Below, one piece after another: positions 33,781 through 43,210 of a stretch of DNA of 64,000 nucleotides. The position numbers and the translations under genes are program-made. The stretch is from Candidatus Yanofskybacteria bacterium (GTDB lineage Bacteria > Patescibacteriota > Minisyncoccia > 2-02-FULL-40-12 > IGHO2-01-FULL-4-A). The notes under the pieces were generated by a model that did no database searches, was not told the DNA's origin, and saw only the letters and a program-made list of their open reading frames with translations. Each line of letters opens with the position of its first letter. The first letter of the stretch is position 1. Location of the stretch: the NCBI GenBank assembly GCA_903897805.1, contig CAIUCV010000017.1, forward strand, positions 5,725-69,724, written 5' to 3'.

Positions 33781-35796
33781 GTGAAGACAGCGCCAGACAG
33801 AATTTTTGACAGCCTCAACGACAAGCAAATTGAGGCGGTAAGGGCCATAAACGGCCCGGTTTTAATATTGGCCGGCGCGGGGTCGGGCAAAACACGCGCT
33901 TTAATACACCGAATCGCTTATCTTATCGCCTCCGGCATAAAACCGGAAAGCATTCTCGCAGTTACTTTCACCAATAAGGCGGCGGGGGAAATAAAAGAAC
34001 GGGTTCACAAATTGCTACAAACTACTAACTACTCACTACGAACTAGTCCTTGGATGGGCACATTTCATTCCGTTTGTTTCAAAATATTGCGCCGAGAAGC
34101 CGAAAAAATCGGTTACGGCAGAGGTTTTGTAATTTACGATACCGATGACCAAATTTCGTTGCTGAAAAATGTGATGCGGGACTTGGATATGGATATTAAA
34201 AAATTCAATCCTAAAGCCATGCTCGGCAAAATTTCAAAACTTAAAAGCGAGCTTATCGGCCATGAAGAATTCGCCGATAGCGCCAAAGAATATATTGAAA
34301 AAATATTGGCCCCGGTCTACACCGGCTATCAAACCGCGCTAAAACAAAGCAGCGCGATGGATTTTGACGATTTAATCATGCTCTGTGTGAGCTTGTTTCA
34401 AAAGAATACCGAAACTCTCAAAAAATATCAAGAAATTTTTAAATACATTTTGATTGACGAATATCAAGACACAAATCACTCGCAATACGTCTGGGCTAAT
34501 TTACTCGCCCAAAAACATAGAAATCTTTTTGTCATCGGTGACGACTATCAAAGCATTTACCAGTTCCGCCAAGCCGACATTAGAAATATACTGGACTTTG
34601 AAAAAGATTACCCGGAAGCCAAGGTAATTATGCTTGAACAGAATTACCGCTCAACCCAAAACATCCTGACGGCCGCCAATAATATCATCCTCAATAACAA
34701 GGAACAGAAACATAAAAAACTTTGGACAAAAAATACGAAAGGCGCGAAAATTATTCTCAAAGAAAATGCTGACCAAAGAAAGGAAGGCCAGTTTTTGGCT
34801 GAAACAATAAGAAACGTTGTGAAACAGGATTTTCGCCCAGACCAGATCACCGTACTATACAGAACTCATGCCCAGTCCCGTTCTGTTGAAGAGGCAATGC
34901 TAAAATACGGGATACCCTACAAAATTATCGGGGGAATTAATTTTTATCAAAGGCGGGAGATAAAAGATGTTTTGGCCTATGCCAAACTCACGCTCAACCC
35001 GAATGACAAAATTAGTCTGGATAGAATATACAACGTTCCGGCCCGCGGCATCGGCAACGCACTTTTTCAAAAAGCTAAAACGATTATGTGCGAAGGCGGA
35101 TTTGATAATTTTATGACTTTGACTCAAAAACTGACTGCCGATTACGGATTTAACAAAAGACAGATTGGCGCTCTTAAAAATCTGGGGCTGCTGATTGAAA
35201 CACTCAACCAGAGATCAAAAGAAACCTCGGTTTCGGAATTGATAAAACTGATCATCAAAAAGACAAGCTACGAACAATATATAAAGGACGGCAGCCGCGA
35301 GGGCGAGGAAAGATGGGAAAACGTAAAGGAAATTTTTACCGCGGCTAATAAATATGAGGAGATACCGGTACCGGAAGGGCTTGAAAATTTTTTGGCGGAA
35401 GTGGCATTAATCCAAGATACAGATAGGATGAACCGGAAAGAAAACGCTGTTAATTTAATGACTGTTCATTCGGCTAAGGGTCTTGAATTTCCGGTTGTTT
35501 TTCTGGTTGGCATGGAAGAGGGTCTTTTCCCGCATGCGAGTTCGTTAATCAACCCAGCCGAGCTTGAGGAAGAAAGGCGCCTATGCTATGTCGGCATCAC
35601 CAGAGCTAAACAACAGCTTTTTCTAACCTACTGCCGCGAAAGAATGATGTACGGCTCAACCCAAGCTAATCCGCCGTCACGATTTATTTTTGAAATACCA
35701 GATGATTTGATTGACTTTCAACCGCTGGAACAGATCGAACGAAAAAAGAAATGGAATGAGTTTGATTGGGAAAAATACATACGCTACGACAAATAA
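33781..35796 (+). CDS. pcrA: ATP-dependent DNA helicase, UvrD/PcrA family
   Basis: Walker A AGAGSGKTRAL and motifs Ia-VI (TFTNKAAGE, DEYQDTN, VGDD.QSIY.FR, NYRS, VHSAKGLEF). Confidence 0.9.
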   Translation: MKTAPDRIFDSLNDKQIEAVRAINGPVLILAGAGSGKTRALIHRIAYLIASGIKPESILAVTFTNKAAGEIKERVHKLLQTTNYSLRTSPWMGTFHSVCFKILRREAEKIGYGRGFVIYDTDDQISLLKNVMRDLDMDIKKFNPKAMLGKISKLKSELIGHEEFADSAKEYIEKILAPVYTGYQTALKQSSAMDFDDLIMLCVSLFQKNTETLKKYQEIFKYILIDEYQDTNHSQYVWANLLAQKHRNLFVIGDDYQSIYQFRQADIRNILDFEKDYPEAKVIMLEQNYRSTQNILTAANNIILNNKEQKHKKLWTKNTKGAKIILKENADQRKEGQFLAETIRNVVKQDFRPDQITVLYRTHAQSRSVEEAMLKYGIPYKIIGGINFYQRREIKDVLAYAKLTLNPNDKISLDRIYNVPARGIGNALFQKAKTIMCEGGFDNFMTLTQKLTADYGFNKRQIGALKNLGLLIETLNQRSKETSVSELIKLIIKKTSYEQYIKDGSREGEERWENVKEIFTAANKYEEIPVPEGLENFLAEVALIQDTDRMNRKENAVNLMTVHSAKGLEFPVVFLVGMEEGLFPHASSLINPAELEEERRLCYVGITRAKQQLFLTYCRERMMYGSTQANPPSRFIFEIPDDLIDFQPLEQIERKKKWNEFDWEKYIRYDK

Positions 35797-35805
35797 AAAT
35801 CGCTG

Positions 35806-36669
35806 ATGCCAAACTTAATTAGCCGAAAAATCAAAGATGAGTTGAACCAGCTAGGAATTGAACCCAAAAAATCGCTTGGGCAAAATTTTCTCATCAATGA
35901 AGGAATTTATAAAAAAATAGTCGTTGCTTTAGAGATAAAAAATAACGATATAATCGTTGAGGTTGGTCCTGGCTTGGGCACTCTGACCGGGTTTTTAGCC
36001 GAAAGCGGGGCCGAAATCATCGCCATCGAAAAAGACGGATTATTGACTGCCTACCTTAAAAATAAGTTCAAAAACAATAAAAATGTTACAATTATAGAAG
36101 GCGACATTTTAAAATTTAATCCCGTCGACTACCGATTACAAACTACCAATTACAAACTAGTCGGCAATATTCCCTATTACCTCACTTCGCGCTTAACAAG
36201 AACCGTTTTTGAAAAATGGCCTCGCCCCGAAAAAATCGTGCTGATGATCCAAAAAGAGGTCGCCCAGCGCATAATCGCCAAGCCGCCGGATATGAGTTTA
36301 CTTGCCGTTTCAGTTCAATACTATTCAGAACCGAAAATAATTAGTTACGTTTCCAGGAATAGTTTTTACCCGGCTCCAAAAGTTGACTCAGCGATTCTTC
36401 GGCTAGTTTCTAGTTTTCAGTTTCTAGCTTCTAGTAAAAAAACTAAAAACTCGCAACTAGAAACTAGAAGCTTCTTTCGGATTGTTAGGGCGGGCTTTGC
36501 GGGCAAAAGAAAACAACTGATCAACAACTTGGCAATGGGCTTGAAAATTTCAAAACAGGAAATTCAACAAAAGCTATCTCTCGTTGATATCAATCCCCAG
36601 CGTCGTGCTGAAACTCTAACTATTGAGGAATGGCAAAAAATTACAAACTCCTTATTTTCGCGGGACTAA
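35806..36669 (+). CDS. rsmA: 16S rRNA (adenine1518/1519-N6)-dimethyltransferase
   Basis: LGQNFLIN and EVGPGLG.LT SAM motifs. Confidence 0.9.
   Translation: MPNLISRKIKDELNQLGIEPKKSLGQNFLINEGIYKKIVVALEIKNNDIIVEVGPGLGTLTGFLAESGAEIIAIEKDGLLTAYLKNKFKNNKNVTIIEGDILKFNPVDYRLQTTNYKLVGNIPYYLTSRLTRTVFEKWPRPEKIVLMIQKEVAQRIIAKPPDMSLLAVSVQYYSEPKIISYVSRNSFYPAPKVDSAILRLVSSFQFLASSKKTKNSQLETRSFFRIVRAGFAGKRKQLINNLAMGLKISKQEIQQKLSLVDINPQRRAETLTIEEWQKITNSLFSRD
36403..36472. repeat. Nested tttctag / ctagaaa direct and inverted repeats, including a perfect 10-bp inverted repeat agcttctagt ... actagaagct, inside the ksgA CDS
   Basis: Read directly; in-frame and encodes SSFQFLASSKKTKNSQLETRS. Confidence 0.65.
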
Positions 36670-38246
36670 GCGGCATTATTTTGGCCTTAGCCTTTCCGGG
36701 CTGGGGTTTTAATCTAGGATTTCTGGTCTGGATAGGATTCGTTCCGCTGTTTTACGCTTTAAATAGGGGATATCATCCGTTTCTAACCGGTTTTGTCGCC
36801 GGCCTTTTCTATTTCTTGATAATTTTCCGGTGGTTTTGGTCAATTTATCCTTTGAATACGCTGGGGATTCAAAATGATTTTGCCTCGTTCACTATTATTT
36901 TTCTTGTCTATGCCATAAGCTCCGCAGGTATGGCAGCATTTTGGGGATTGTTCGGTATAATTTTCAATTTTCAATTTTCAATTTTCAAAAAAGGCAAAAT
37001 ACCGTTAATACTGCGACTTTTAGTTCCTGCGGCCACTTTCGTTTTGCTTGAATACGCGCGTTCTTATGGGTTTGGTATCTTGTGGGCGGGCTCCGGAACT
37101 CTTTTCGGCCCCCACTGGACGCTGGGCAATCTGGCTTATGCTCTTACTAATAATAGTCTGGCCCTGAAATTATCCTCGTATGTCGGTATTTACGGAATAT
37201 GTTTTATCGTAATCGTCGCTAATTTTTTCTTTCTTAAAACCCTCATCAGAAAAAATCTGCGCAGTGCGGGTATCGTCATTCTGATAGTTTTGCTTGTCAC
37301 TCTGGGACCGAAATTATTAAAACAGAGATCTCCATCCCCGGACAAAGAAATTAATTTTGCCCTTATCCAGACAAACCAACCGACCAAAATCCTGCCCACG
37401 CCGAAAGAAACGCTTAACGCATTTAAAGAACAGCTTGACTTGTTGACCCGCGTAGCCAAAGAACATCCCGAAAGCCAGTTGATAATTTTCCCCGAGGCAA
37501 GCGATTTTTTCAAAAATCTTTCTTTGTTCCTGACTGGCGCCCAGATACCAAATTACTTTTCTAATCTTTTCAAAGAACCAAAATTGATAGTCGCCGGCGC
37601 CAGAATTATTGATACTAACGACCGTGCCTACTCGCGCGTTTTCGCTCTGGATACTAAAAAAGATATCATTGGTTTTTACGACAAACGCCTCTTAACGCCG
37701 GAGGGGGAATTTTTATCGTATCCCACGAAATTTATAGTCAATCTTCTATCAAAAACCAAGGTTTCCGAATTCGGTGAGCTGCGCGAGTTGGGCGTAGGCG
37801 AGAAAAAAGTTTCAACGGTCAATTTCCGCGGCCAATTCAACGTTGCGCCAATTGTTTGCTCGGAAGTTCTATCGCCGGGTCTGGTCCGGCAAACAACAGA
37901 GGGTTCGGATGTAATTGTAGGAATGGCGAGTTACGGTATTTTCCACGGGAGCGTTATCCTTGCCAGACAAAGTCTTGCAAACGCCCGATTCCGCGCCGCA
38001 GAGAACCAAAAACCCCTGTTAGCGGCGTCAAATATGGGGCTTTCCTACGTTACAGATAGCGGGGGGGAGATACGATCTACAACGCCAAATCAAGGAGCAC
38101 AGATATTAACAGGTAGTATTGCGCTTAACTCCCAAAAATCGTGGTATAATAGAGTAGGTGATTTGCCAACAATTTTGGTATCTTTAGTATTGATAATAAG
38201 TTTTAGCCTATTAACTATTTTTAGGAGAAAAAAAGGAGGCTCCTAA
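36630..38246 (+). CDS. lnt: Apolipoprotein N-acyltransferase-like (polytopic N-terminus plus C-terminal nitrilase/CN-hydrolase domain)
   Basis: N-terminal multi-TM region. The C-terminal segment LIIFPEASDFFKN...CSE reads like a CN-hydrolase Glu and Cys; by domain order the Lys would lie between them but was not located, so the family assignment rests on the Glu/Cys and overall architecture. Confidence 0.7.
   Translation: MAKNYKLLIFAGLSGIILALAFPGWGFNLGFLVWIGFVPLFYALNRGYHPFLTGFVAGLFYFLIIFRWFWSIYPLNTLGIQNDFASFTIIFLVYAISSAGMAAFWGLFGIIFNFQFSIFKKGKIPLILRLLVPAATFVLLEYARSYGFGILWAGSGTLFGPHWTLGNLAYALTNNSLALKLSSYVGIYGICFIVIVANFFFLKTLIRKNLRSAGIVILIVLLVTLGPKLLKQRSPSPDKEINFALIQTNQPTKILPTPKETLNAFKEQLDLLTRVAKEHPESQLIIFPEASDFFKNLSLFLTGAQIPNYFSNLFKEPKLIVAGARIIDTNDRAYSRVFALDTKKDIIGFYDKRLLTPEGEFLSYPTKFIVNLLSKTKVSEFGELRELGVGEKKVSTVNFRGQFNVAPIVCSEVLSPGLVRQTTEGSDVIVGMASYGIFHGSVILARQSLANARFRAAENQKPLLAASNMGLSYVTDSGGEIRSTTPNQGAQILTGSIALNSQKSWYNRVGDLPTILVSLVLIISFSLLTIFRRKKGGS
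36961..36988 (+). repeat. Heptanucleotide tandem repeat (ttttcaa)x4 inside the lnt CDS
   Basis: Read directly; encodes FNFQFSIF. Confidence 0.85.
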
Positions 38247-38256
38247 TGACAAAAAT

Positions 38257-39240
38257 ATGTCGCAAAAACTCAAAATAATTCTCGGGGTTCTGATTCTGGC
38301 TGCCGCTTTTTTGGTCATTCGGGTGGGTTCTTCGTTTTACAGAAGCGCGAAAACCGCCGCTCTAATTTCGCAAATAGTAATTACGCCTGCGCCGGAAGAA
38401 AACCTTCTGACCAAAGACAGCGACAATGACGGAATCCCGGATTATTTAGAAGCCTACTATCGAACAGACCCGTTTAATCCCGACACCGATGGCGATGGCT
38501 ATCTTGACGGCGAAGAAATTGTCGCAGGGACCGATCCGCTTAAAAAAGACAGTCCTCCGGTTATCGCCGGCACTCAAAGCTCCAACGTAACCGATACGAT
38601 GATGAATAGGCTAGTTGCCGGCGTTTACTCCGGAGATCTTAATCCAGGAACGGGGGATAAGACAAAATATGATACCGGCGTGAATTCCCTAACCTTTGCG
38701 ACCATAGATGATGCCCTCAAGGCCCTGACGCCGAAACTGGTAGAAGGCACTATAGTAACGGACGATGATACCAAGCAAGCTAAAGAAAAATATTTGCAAA
38801 ACGTCTCCCATTTGCTTGAGGGCCCCTTTTTAGATTCATTTATGCAACAGCCGCAGACGATGAATAAGGCCGTTAACTTGTGGGCCAGAGGTGATTACGA
38901 CGGCGCCTCTAAGATCTTTGAGGATTTATCCCTGAAATTTACTACTGCCTATACCGAGCTTCTGACCCTGCCGGTTCCTTCCAGCTGGGTTGATTTTCAT
39001 AAAAATCTTCTCGCGACATTCCAAAAAATATCCGTTAACTATTCGGTGCTGTCCAGAACCGGGGAAGATCCCGTGCTGGCGATGACCGCCCTTAGTGACT
39101 TCTCCAACAATATGCTTGATATTGATTCGTCTTTATTGCAAGAGTTAAAACTATTGATACAAAAAGATAATTTGGAAATACCTAAAACGCCTCTTTTTGA
39201 AACATTGGACATCCTAAACAATAAATCATCAATTCAATGA
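38257..39240 (+). CDS. Membrane-anchored protein with thrombospondin-type-3-like Ca-binding repeats
   Basis: N-terminal TM; DSDNDGIPDYLE and DPFNPDTDGDGYLDGEE repeats. Confidence 0.6.
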   Translation: MSQKLKIILGVLILAAAFLVIRVGSSFYRSAKTAALISQIVITPAPEENLLTKDSDNDGIPDYLEAYYRTDPFNPDTDGDGYLDGEEIVAGTDPLKKDSPPVIAGTQSSNVTDTMMNRLVAGVYSGDLNPGTGDKTKYDTGVNSLTFATIDDALKALTPKLVEGTIVTDDDTKQAKEKYLQNVSHLLEGPFLDSFMQQPQTMNKAVNLWARGDYDGASKIFEDLSLKFTTAYTELLTLPVPSSWVDFHKNLLATFQKISVNYSVLSRTGEDPVLAMTALSDFSNNMLDIDSSLLQELKLLIQKDNLEIPKTPLFETLDILNNKSSIQ

Positions 39241-40295
39241 TAAACCCCGGTTTCAAGCTAATCGTTGCCGTAATCGCAATTAGCACCTTGCTTTTATTTC
39301 CCTTCGCTGTCGCCCGGGCGGCGGGCTCTATTATGTATATCTTAAAGGAATTCGGCTTGGATGTTGCCGCCAGAGTTATCACCAGAATGCTCGAAACAAA
39401 ATTAAGCGATGGCATGGTGAAAAAAATGCTGAAGCTCGGGCGGGGTGGAGGACCGGCTTTTATTCAGGATTGGAGGACCTTTTTGTCAACCGCTCAATAT
39501 AGAGGAGAAGATATTACAAGAGGGGTAATTGCCGATGCTGTTGACACAACCATTTGTCCATATATGGGGCCGTCTATTGCTAGTATATTCAACGCCCAAC
39601 TCCCCATCCCCGACCCGTATAAATATCGTGTAGACTCTCTCCAGTACTATAAATTGCGCAACCGATGTTCCTTGCCTTCCGGTCTTAACGTTGACGCATT
39701 CAGAAACGATTTTAACCAAGGCGGCTGGGAGGCGTGGGGAGAATTGATCCAGCCGCAGAATAATTTTTACGGGGTTTACGGAGATAGCATAAGCGAGTTG
39801 ACGAGCCAAAGAACATTTGAACAAGGCATTGATACGAGCGAGGCGATCTCGGGCAATGGCAATACTTCAGCAAGAGCACCTTGCGTGGGAGAAGGCATGA
39901 ATAAGCAATGTACGGTCATGGGACTAATAATCACTCCCGGAACCGTCTTTAGCCAAAACGAGGCGGCCACGATTAACAAGGAGATGGATTGGCTGATAAG
40001 CGCCGACGAGCTAAGCGAAGTTGTTGCGAATCTCACGACAAGCGTTCTCAGCCGTCTTGAAGATTATGCGGCCGGAGCCGTTCTCTCCGGACCAGCGGCA
40101 GGAAATAATTACGATGCCAGCGGAGCCTTGGGGCAAGCCAAGCAAGATTGCGTTAACTCTTGCATTGTCGCTAAGTGCCCGGCGGCTTTGGCTGCCTGTA
40201 ATATAGACACGAGCAATCGTCCCTGCGCTCCGGCTGATCCGGATCCCCGTGATGCCTGCGTATCAAGTTGCCAGCAGACCCAAGGATGCCAATAA
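39237..40295 (+). CDS. Secreted hypothetical protein with a Cys-rich C-terminus
   Basis: Signal peptide; C-terminal CVNSCIVAKCPAALAACN...CAPADPDPRDACVSSCQQTQGCQ. Confidence 0.55.
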   Translation: MINPGFKLIVAVIAISTLLLFPFAVARAAGSIMYILKEFGLDVAARVITRMLETKLSDGMVKKMLKLGRGGGPAFIQDWRTFLSTAQYRGEDITRGVIADAVDTTICPYMGPSIASIFNAQLPIPDPYKYRVDSLQYYKLRNRCSLPSGLNVDAFRNDFNQGGWEAWGELIQPQNNFYGVYGDSISELTSQRTFEQGIDTSEAISGNGNTSARAPCVGEGMNKQCTVMGLIITPGTVFSQNEAATINKEMDWLISADELSEVVANLTTSVLSRLEDYAAGAVLSGPAAGNNYDASGALGQAKQDCVNSCIVAKCPAALAACNIDTSNRPCAPADPDPRDACVSSCQQTQGCQ

Positions 40296-40317
40296 TGACA
40301 TTTAGCGATAAATAAGG

Positions 40318-42636
40318 ATGGCAAAAAAGAAATTATGTATCGCGGTAATATCTACAGTAATAATTTTACTGGCGGTTTTAGTTCCTCAACATCAGGCCAG
40401 GGCTGATGCCGTGACGGACATAGCCCAGCAAGCTAGCAGGTTAATTTTGGCAGGGGTTGGCAAAGCAGTCGCGTGGGCCGCTCAAGGGTTTGATGCATTC
40501 GTCCAGTACCAAACTGATAACGCTGTTTTTGGTGTAAAAGTAGTTGATGATAGTTGGGCAACAATCAGAGACTTCGTAAATCTGTTTTTCATTCTGATAC
40601 TTATAATTATGGCCTTCGGCACGATTTTTGACATCAAAGAATATACCTGGAGAGATATGCTCGTGCCATTTCTGATTGTCGCTTTGCTTATCAACTTCAG
40701 TCTTGTAATAGGCCAGTATATTATAACCGTCGCAAACGGTCTGGCCGGGATTTTTTTAAGGACAATGACTCAGGGTGGTGGCAGTATTTCTGAAATATTT
40801 GCTCAAGGATTTTCCCAGGTTGGTATTGTCTCCGCGACACCGCAAGCGGGCATACTTAAGCAGATGGCCACTGCGGTGTGGGATTCAACACCAATCGGTA
40901 TAGTGTTAAATGCAGCCAGCCCTCCAACCAGCGTCTTGCTAACTGCAATTTTTGGCATCATCTTTTTGGTGATCACGTTTCTTGCTTTCTTGTCGGCTTT
41001 TATTTTTTCATTAGCAAGGATTTTTGTTTTATGGTTCCTGCTGATTATTTCTCCTATCGCCTGGCTCGGCTATGCACTTCCGAACCTTAGGAAGCAAACT
41101 TGGAGTGAGTGGTGGAAACATTTCTTCTGCTGGTGCTTTTTCTTACCTTATTATTTATTCTTTTTAATGTTTGCTGTGATTTTTATAAAGAATCAAGCCG
41201 TTTTTAAGCCCGTCCCTGGTTCTGCCTCCATCACAATTGGTTCTATGACGCTTAATAATCTCCTTATTTATGGTATCAGCTTGATTTTTCTTATCGGCGG
41301 CCTGTTTGTAGCAAGAAAAATGGCTTGTGCAACCGGTTCCGGCGTGAAAACTGTTTTCGGCAAAATAGATGCGGGTGTTAAGAAATACATGCCGGGGGCG
41401 GCTTATGTAAGAGGCGCATGGGGGGGAGTGAAGGCAAGGGGTGAGGAGATCCAAGAAAAAGGAGTTCTAGGTATTGGCGGAGCCCAGCGCACTCGTATAG
41501 CTGAAGCTGGGATAAAAGGTTGGGTAGCTGGAATACCTGGCTTAGGCCGAGTACCTGGAGCGAGAGAAGAGACTAATAGAGTAAGGTTAGAGGAAATCAT
41601 TAAGAAAGAGGTTCCTAAATTGGCGTTGGAATTACAAAGACTTTCGGCGGACGAGCGGAAGGAGTTCCTCCAAAAAGCACAAGACAGGAAGGGTGTTGCG
41701 GGCGAAGCGGCTTTGCTTGAATATGCCAAGCAGGGCTATTCCACTAAGGATGACTACGTAAAAGCAATAGACAAATTTGGCGGTGAAAATACTGCTCTTG
41801 GCAGGCAGTATTTGAAAAATCTTGTAGAAGCTAACCTTAGAGATTTATTTAGTAGCTCTACCGAAGAGCTTGATATTGCCAGACCAACCGATCCCACTCT
41901 CTCCAACCTTAGGCGTGAACTCTGGAAAGATTTAGCAAAACGAAATCAAATTTCAAGTAAAGAAGATTATAAAATTGCCAAGGATTTGTTCTCCTCGACA
42001 CCAACCGAACTTAAATCATTTCTTGATTCCATCAAGCCAGAATATATTGTCGGCACTAAGGAAACTAGACAAGACGCTATTAGAAATAGAACTCTCGGCG
42101 ATACTGACCTCGAAAGAAAGCTGGTAGAGTTCATGAAGGACAAGAAAGAGATTAACGATGTGCGACTTAGACAAGAGGCATTGGCTATCGTGGACGGAAA
42201 GGATACTATCGAGGGTCGCAACATAATAAATGAGATTAATAAGTTCAATCCGGCAATAAACATTGAGGCCGACTTGCGAGAAGAAAGAGGCACTCCAGTC
42301 GATCAATCCCTCTCTACTGAGGACAATGACAGAATCGTCGGAGAAATCGCTGATAAAATTGCTGAAAAAGAATTCGCAGACTTGCGGAAAATGTCAAGTA
42401 AATTCTGGGAAGATAAAAGAACTCAGCGGGCAGTACGTCAAACTTTTAATGGAGGGGAGCTCACTCAATTGCTAGAGAACGCGCCTAAAGAAATGAGAAG
42501 GGCATTAAAAAATCTGCCTGGGGGTGGGTCTACTACAGCAGGGGACGGCGAAACAAGAAGACCGGCTGGCTTTGTCCCTTCGGGCTCAACGGTAACTCCT
42601 GAGGGACGGGTAATCCCACCGGAAGATAGATCTTAG
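40318..42636 (+). CDS. VirB6/TrbL-like polytopic membrane protein with a large C-terminal hydrophilic coiled-coil domain
   Basis: Signal sequence, then ~6-7 TM helices across residues ~90-330, then a ~430-aa charged domain; sits next to the VirB3/VirB4 genes. Confidence 0.55.
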   Translation: MAKKKLCIAVISTVIILLAVLVPQHQARADAVTDIAQQASRLILAGVGKAVAWAAQGFDAFVQYQTDNAVFGVKVVDDSWATIRDFVNLFFILILIIMAFGTIFDIKEYTWRDMLVPFLIVALLINFSLVIGQYIITVANGLAGIFLRTMTQGGGSISEIFAQGFSQVGIVSATPQAGILKQMATAVWDSTPIGIVLNAASPPTSVLLTAIFGIIFLVITFLAFLSAFIFSLARIFVLWFLLIISPIAWLGYALPNLRKQTWSEWWKHFFCWCFFLPYYLFFLMFAVIFIKNQAVFKPVPGSASITIGSMTLNNLLIYGISLIFLIGGLFVARKMACATGSGVKTVFGKIDAGVKKYMPGAAYVRGAWGGVKARGEEIQEKGVLGIGGAQRTRIAEAGIKGWVAGIPGLGRVPGAREETNRVRLEEIIKKEVPKLALELQRLSADERKEFLQKAQDRKGVAGEAALLEYAKQGYSTKDDYVKAIDKFGGENTALGRQYLKNLVEANLRDLFSSSTEELDIARPTDPTLSNLRRELWKDLAKRNQISSKEDYKIAKDLFSSTPTELKSFLDSIKPEYIVGTKETRQDAIRNRTLGDTDLERKLVEFMKDKKEINDVRLRQEALAIVDGKDTIEGRNIINEINKFNPAINIEADLREERGTPVDQSLSTEDNDRIVGEIADKIAEKEFADLRKMSSKFWEDKRTQRAVRQTFNGGELTQLLENAPKEMRRALKNLPGGGSTTAGDGETRRPAGFVPSGSTVTPEGRVIPPEDRS

Positions 42637-42642
42637 TATCAA

Positions 42643-43152
42643 ATGGCCCAAGACAACCAAAAATATTTTCAGTTCAGCCCATTTTTCATTGATTCAACAT
42701 TAATGTCGGACTTAGATTGGGACAAACTCCAAGACAAAATCGATAAGTTACCTATCGTTCTTGGCAATATTCTAACCAGTTATAAAACCTCGGAATTTAT
42801 AGAAATGTTAGCCCAAAAATATGTTCAGTTAGGCGTGCAATGGTCAGATATCGCCAGAATTGTCCGTGATGTGGTTTTGGCCGATATCTATATCGGTGAT
42901 ATGCCGGCGCAGATTTCATCAAAGCTCGGGGTTGACCAAAATACGGCTCTTGAAATAGCGAGAGCTATCGTCTCCCAGCTTTTCGCGCCGGTTATTGAGG
43001 ATATTAAAAAGTTGCAATTGCAAAAATTCGGAAAATTGCCCGGCTCAAGTGCGCCCCAACAATCTCCGCAAGCAAGACCACCGCAACATATACCAGGAGA
43101 AGAATTGCCGGAAACAGGGGGGAATATAATTGATTTGAGGAATCAAAAATAA
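42643..43152 (+). CDS. Hypothetical protein (169 aa)
   Basis: ORF only. Confidence 0.4.
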   Translation: MAQDNQKYFQFSPFFIDSTLMSDLDWDKLQDKIDKLPIVLGNILTSYKTSEFIEMLAQKYVQLGVQWSDIARIVRDVVLADIYIGDMPAQISSKLGVDQNTALEIARAIVSQLFAPVIEDIKKLQLQKFGKLPGSSAPQQSPQARPPQHIPGEELPETGGNIIDLRNQK

Positions 43153-43210
43153 AAAAGAACCTTTCGGTTCTTAATGGCTCTGAGGCCTAAAAATGGTGCC
43201 CCGGGGGAAT

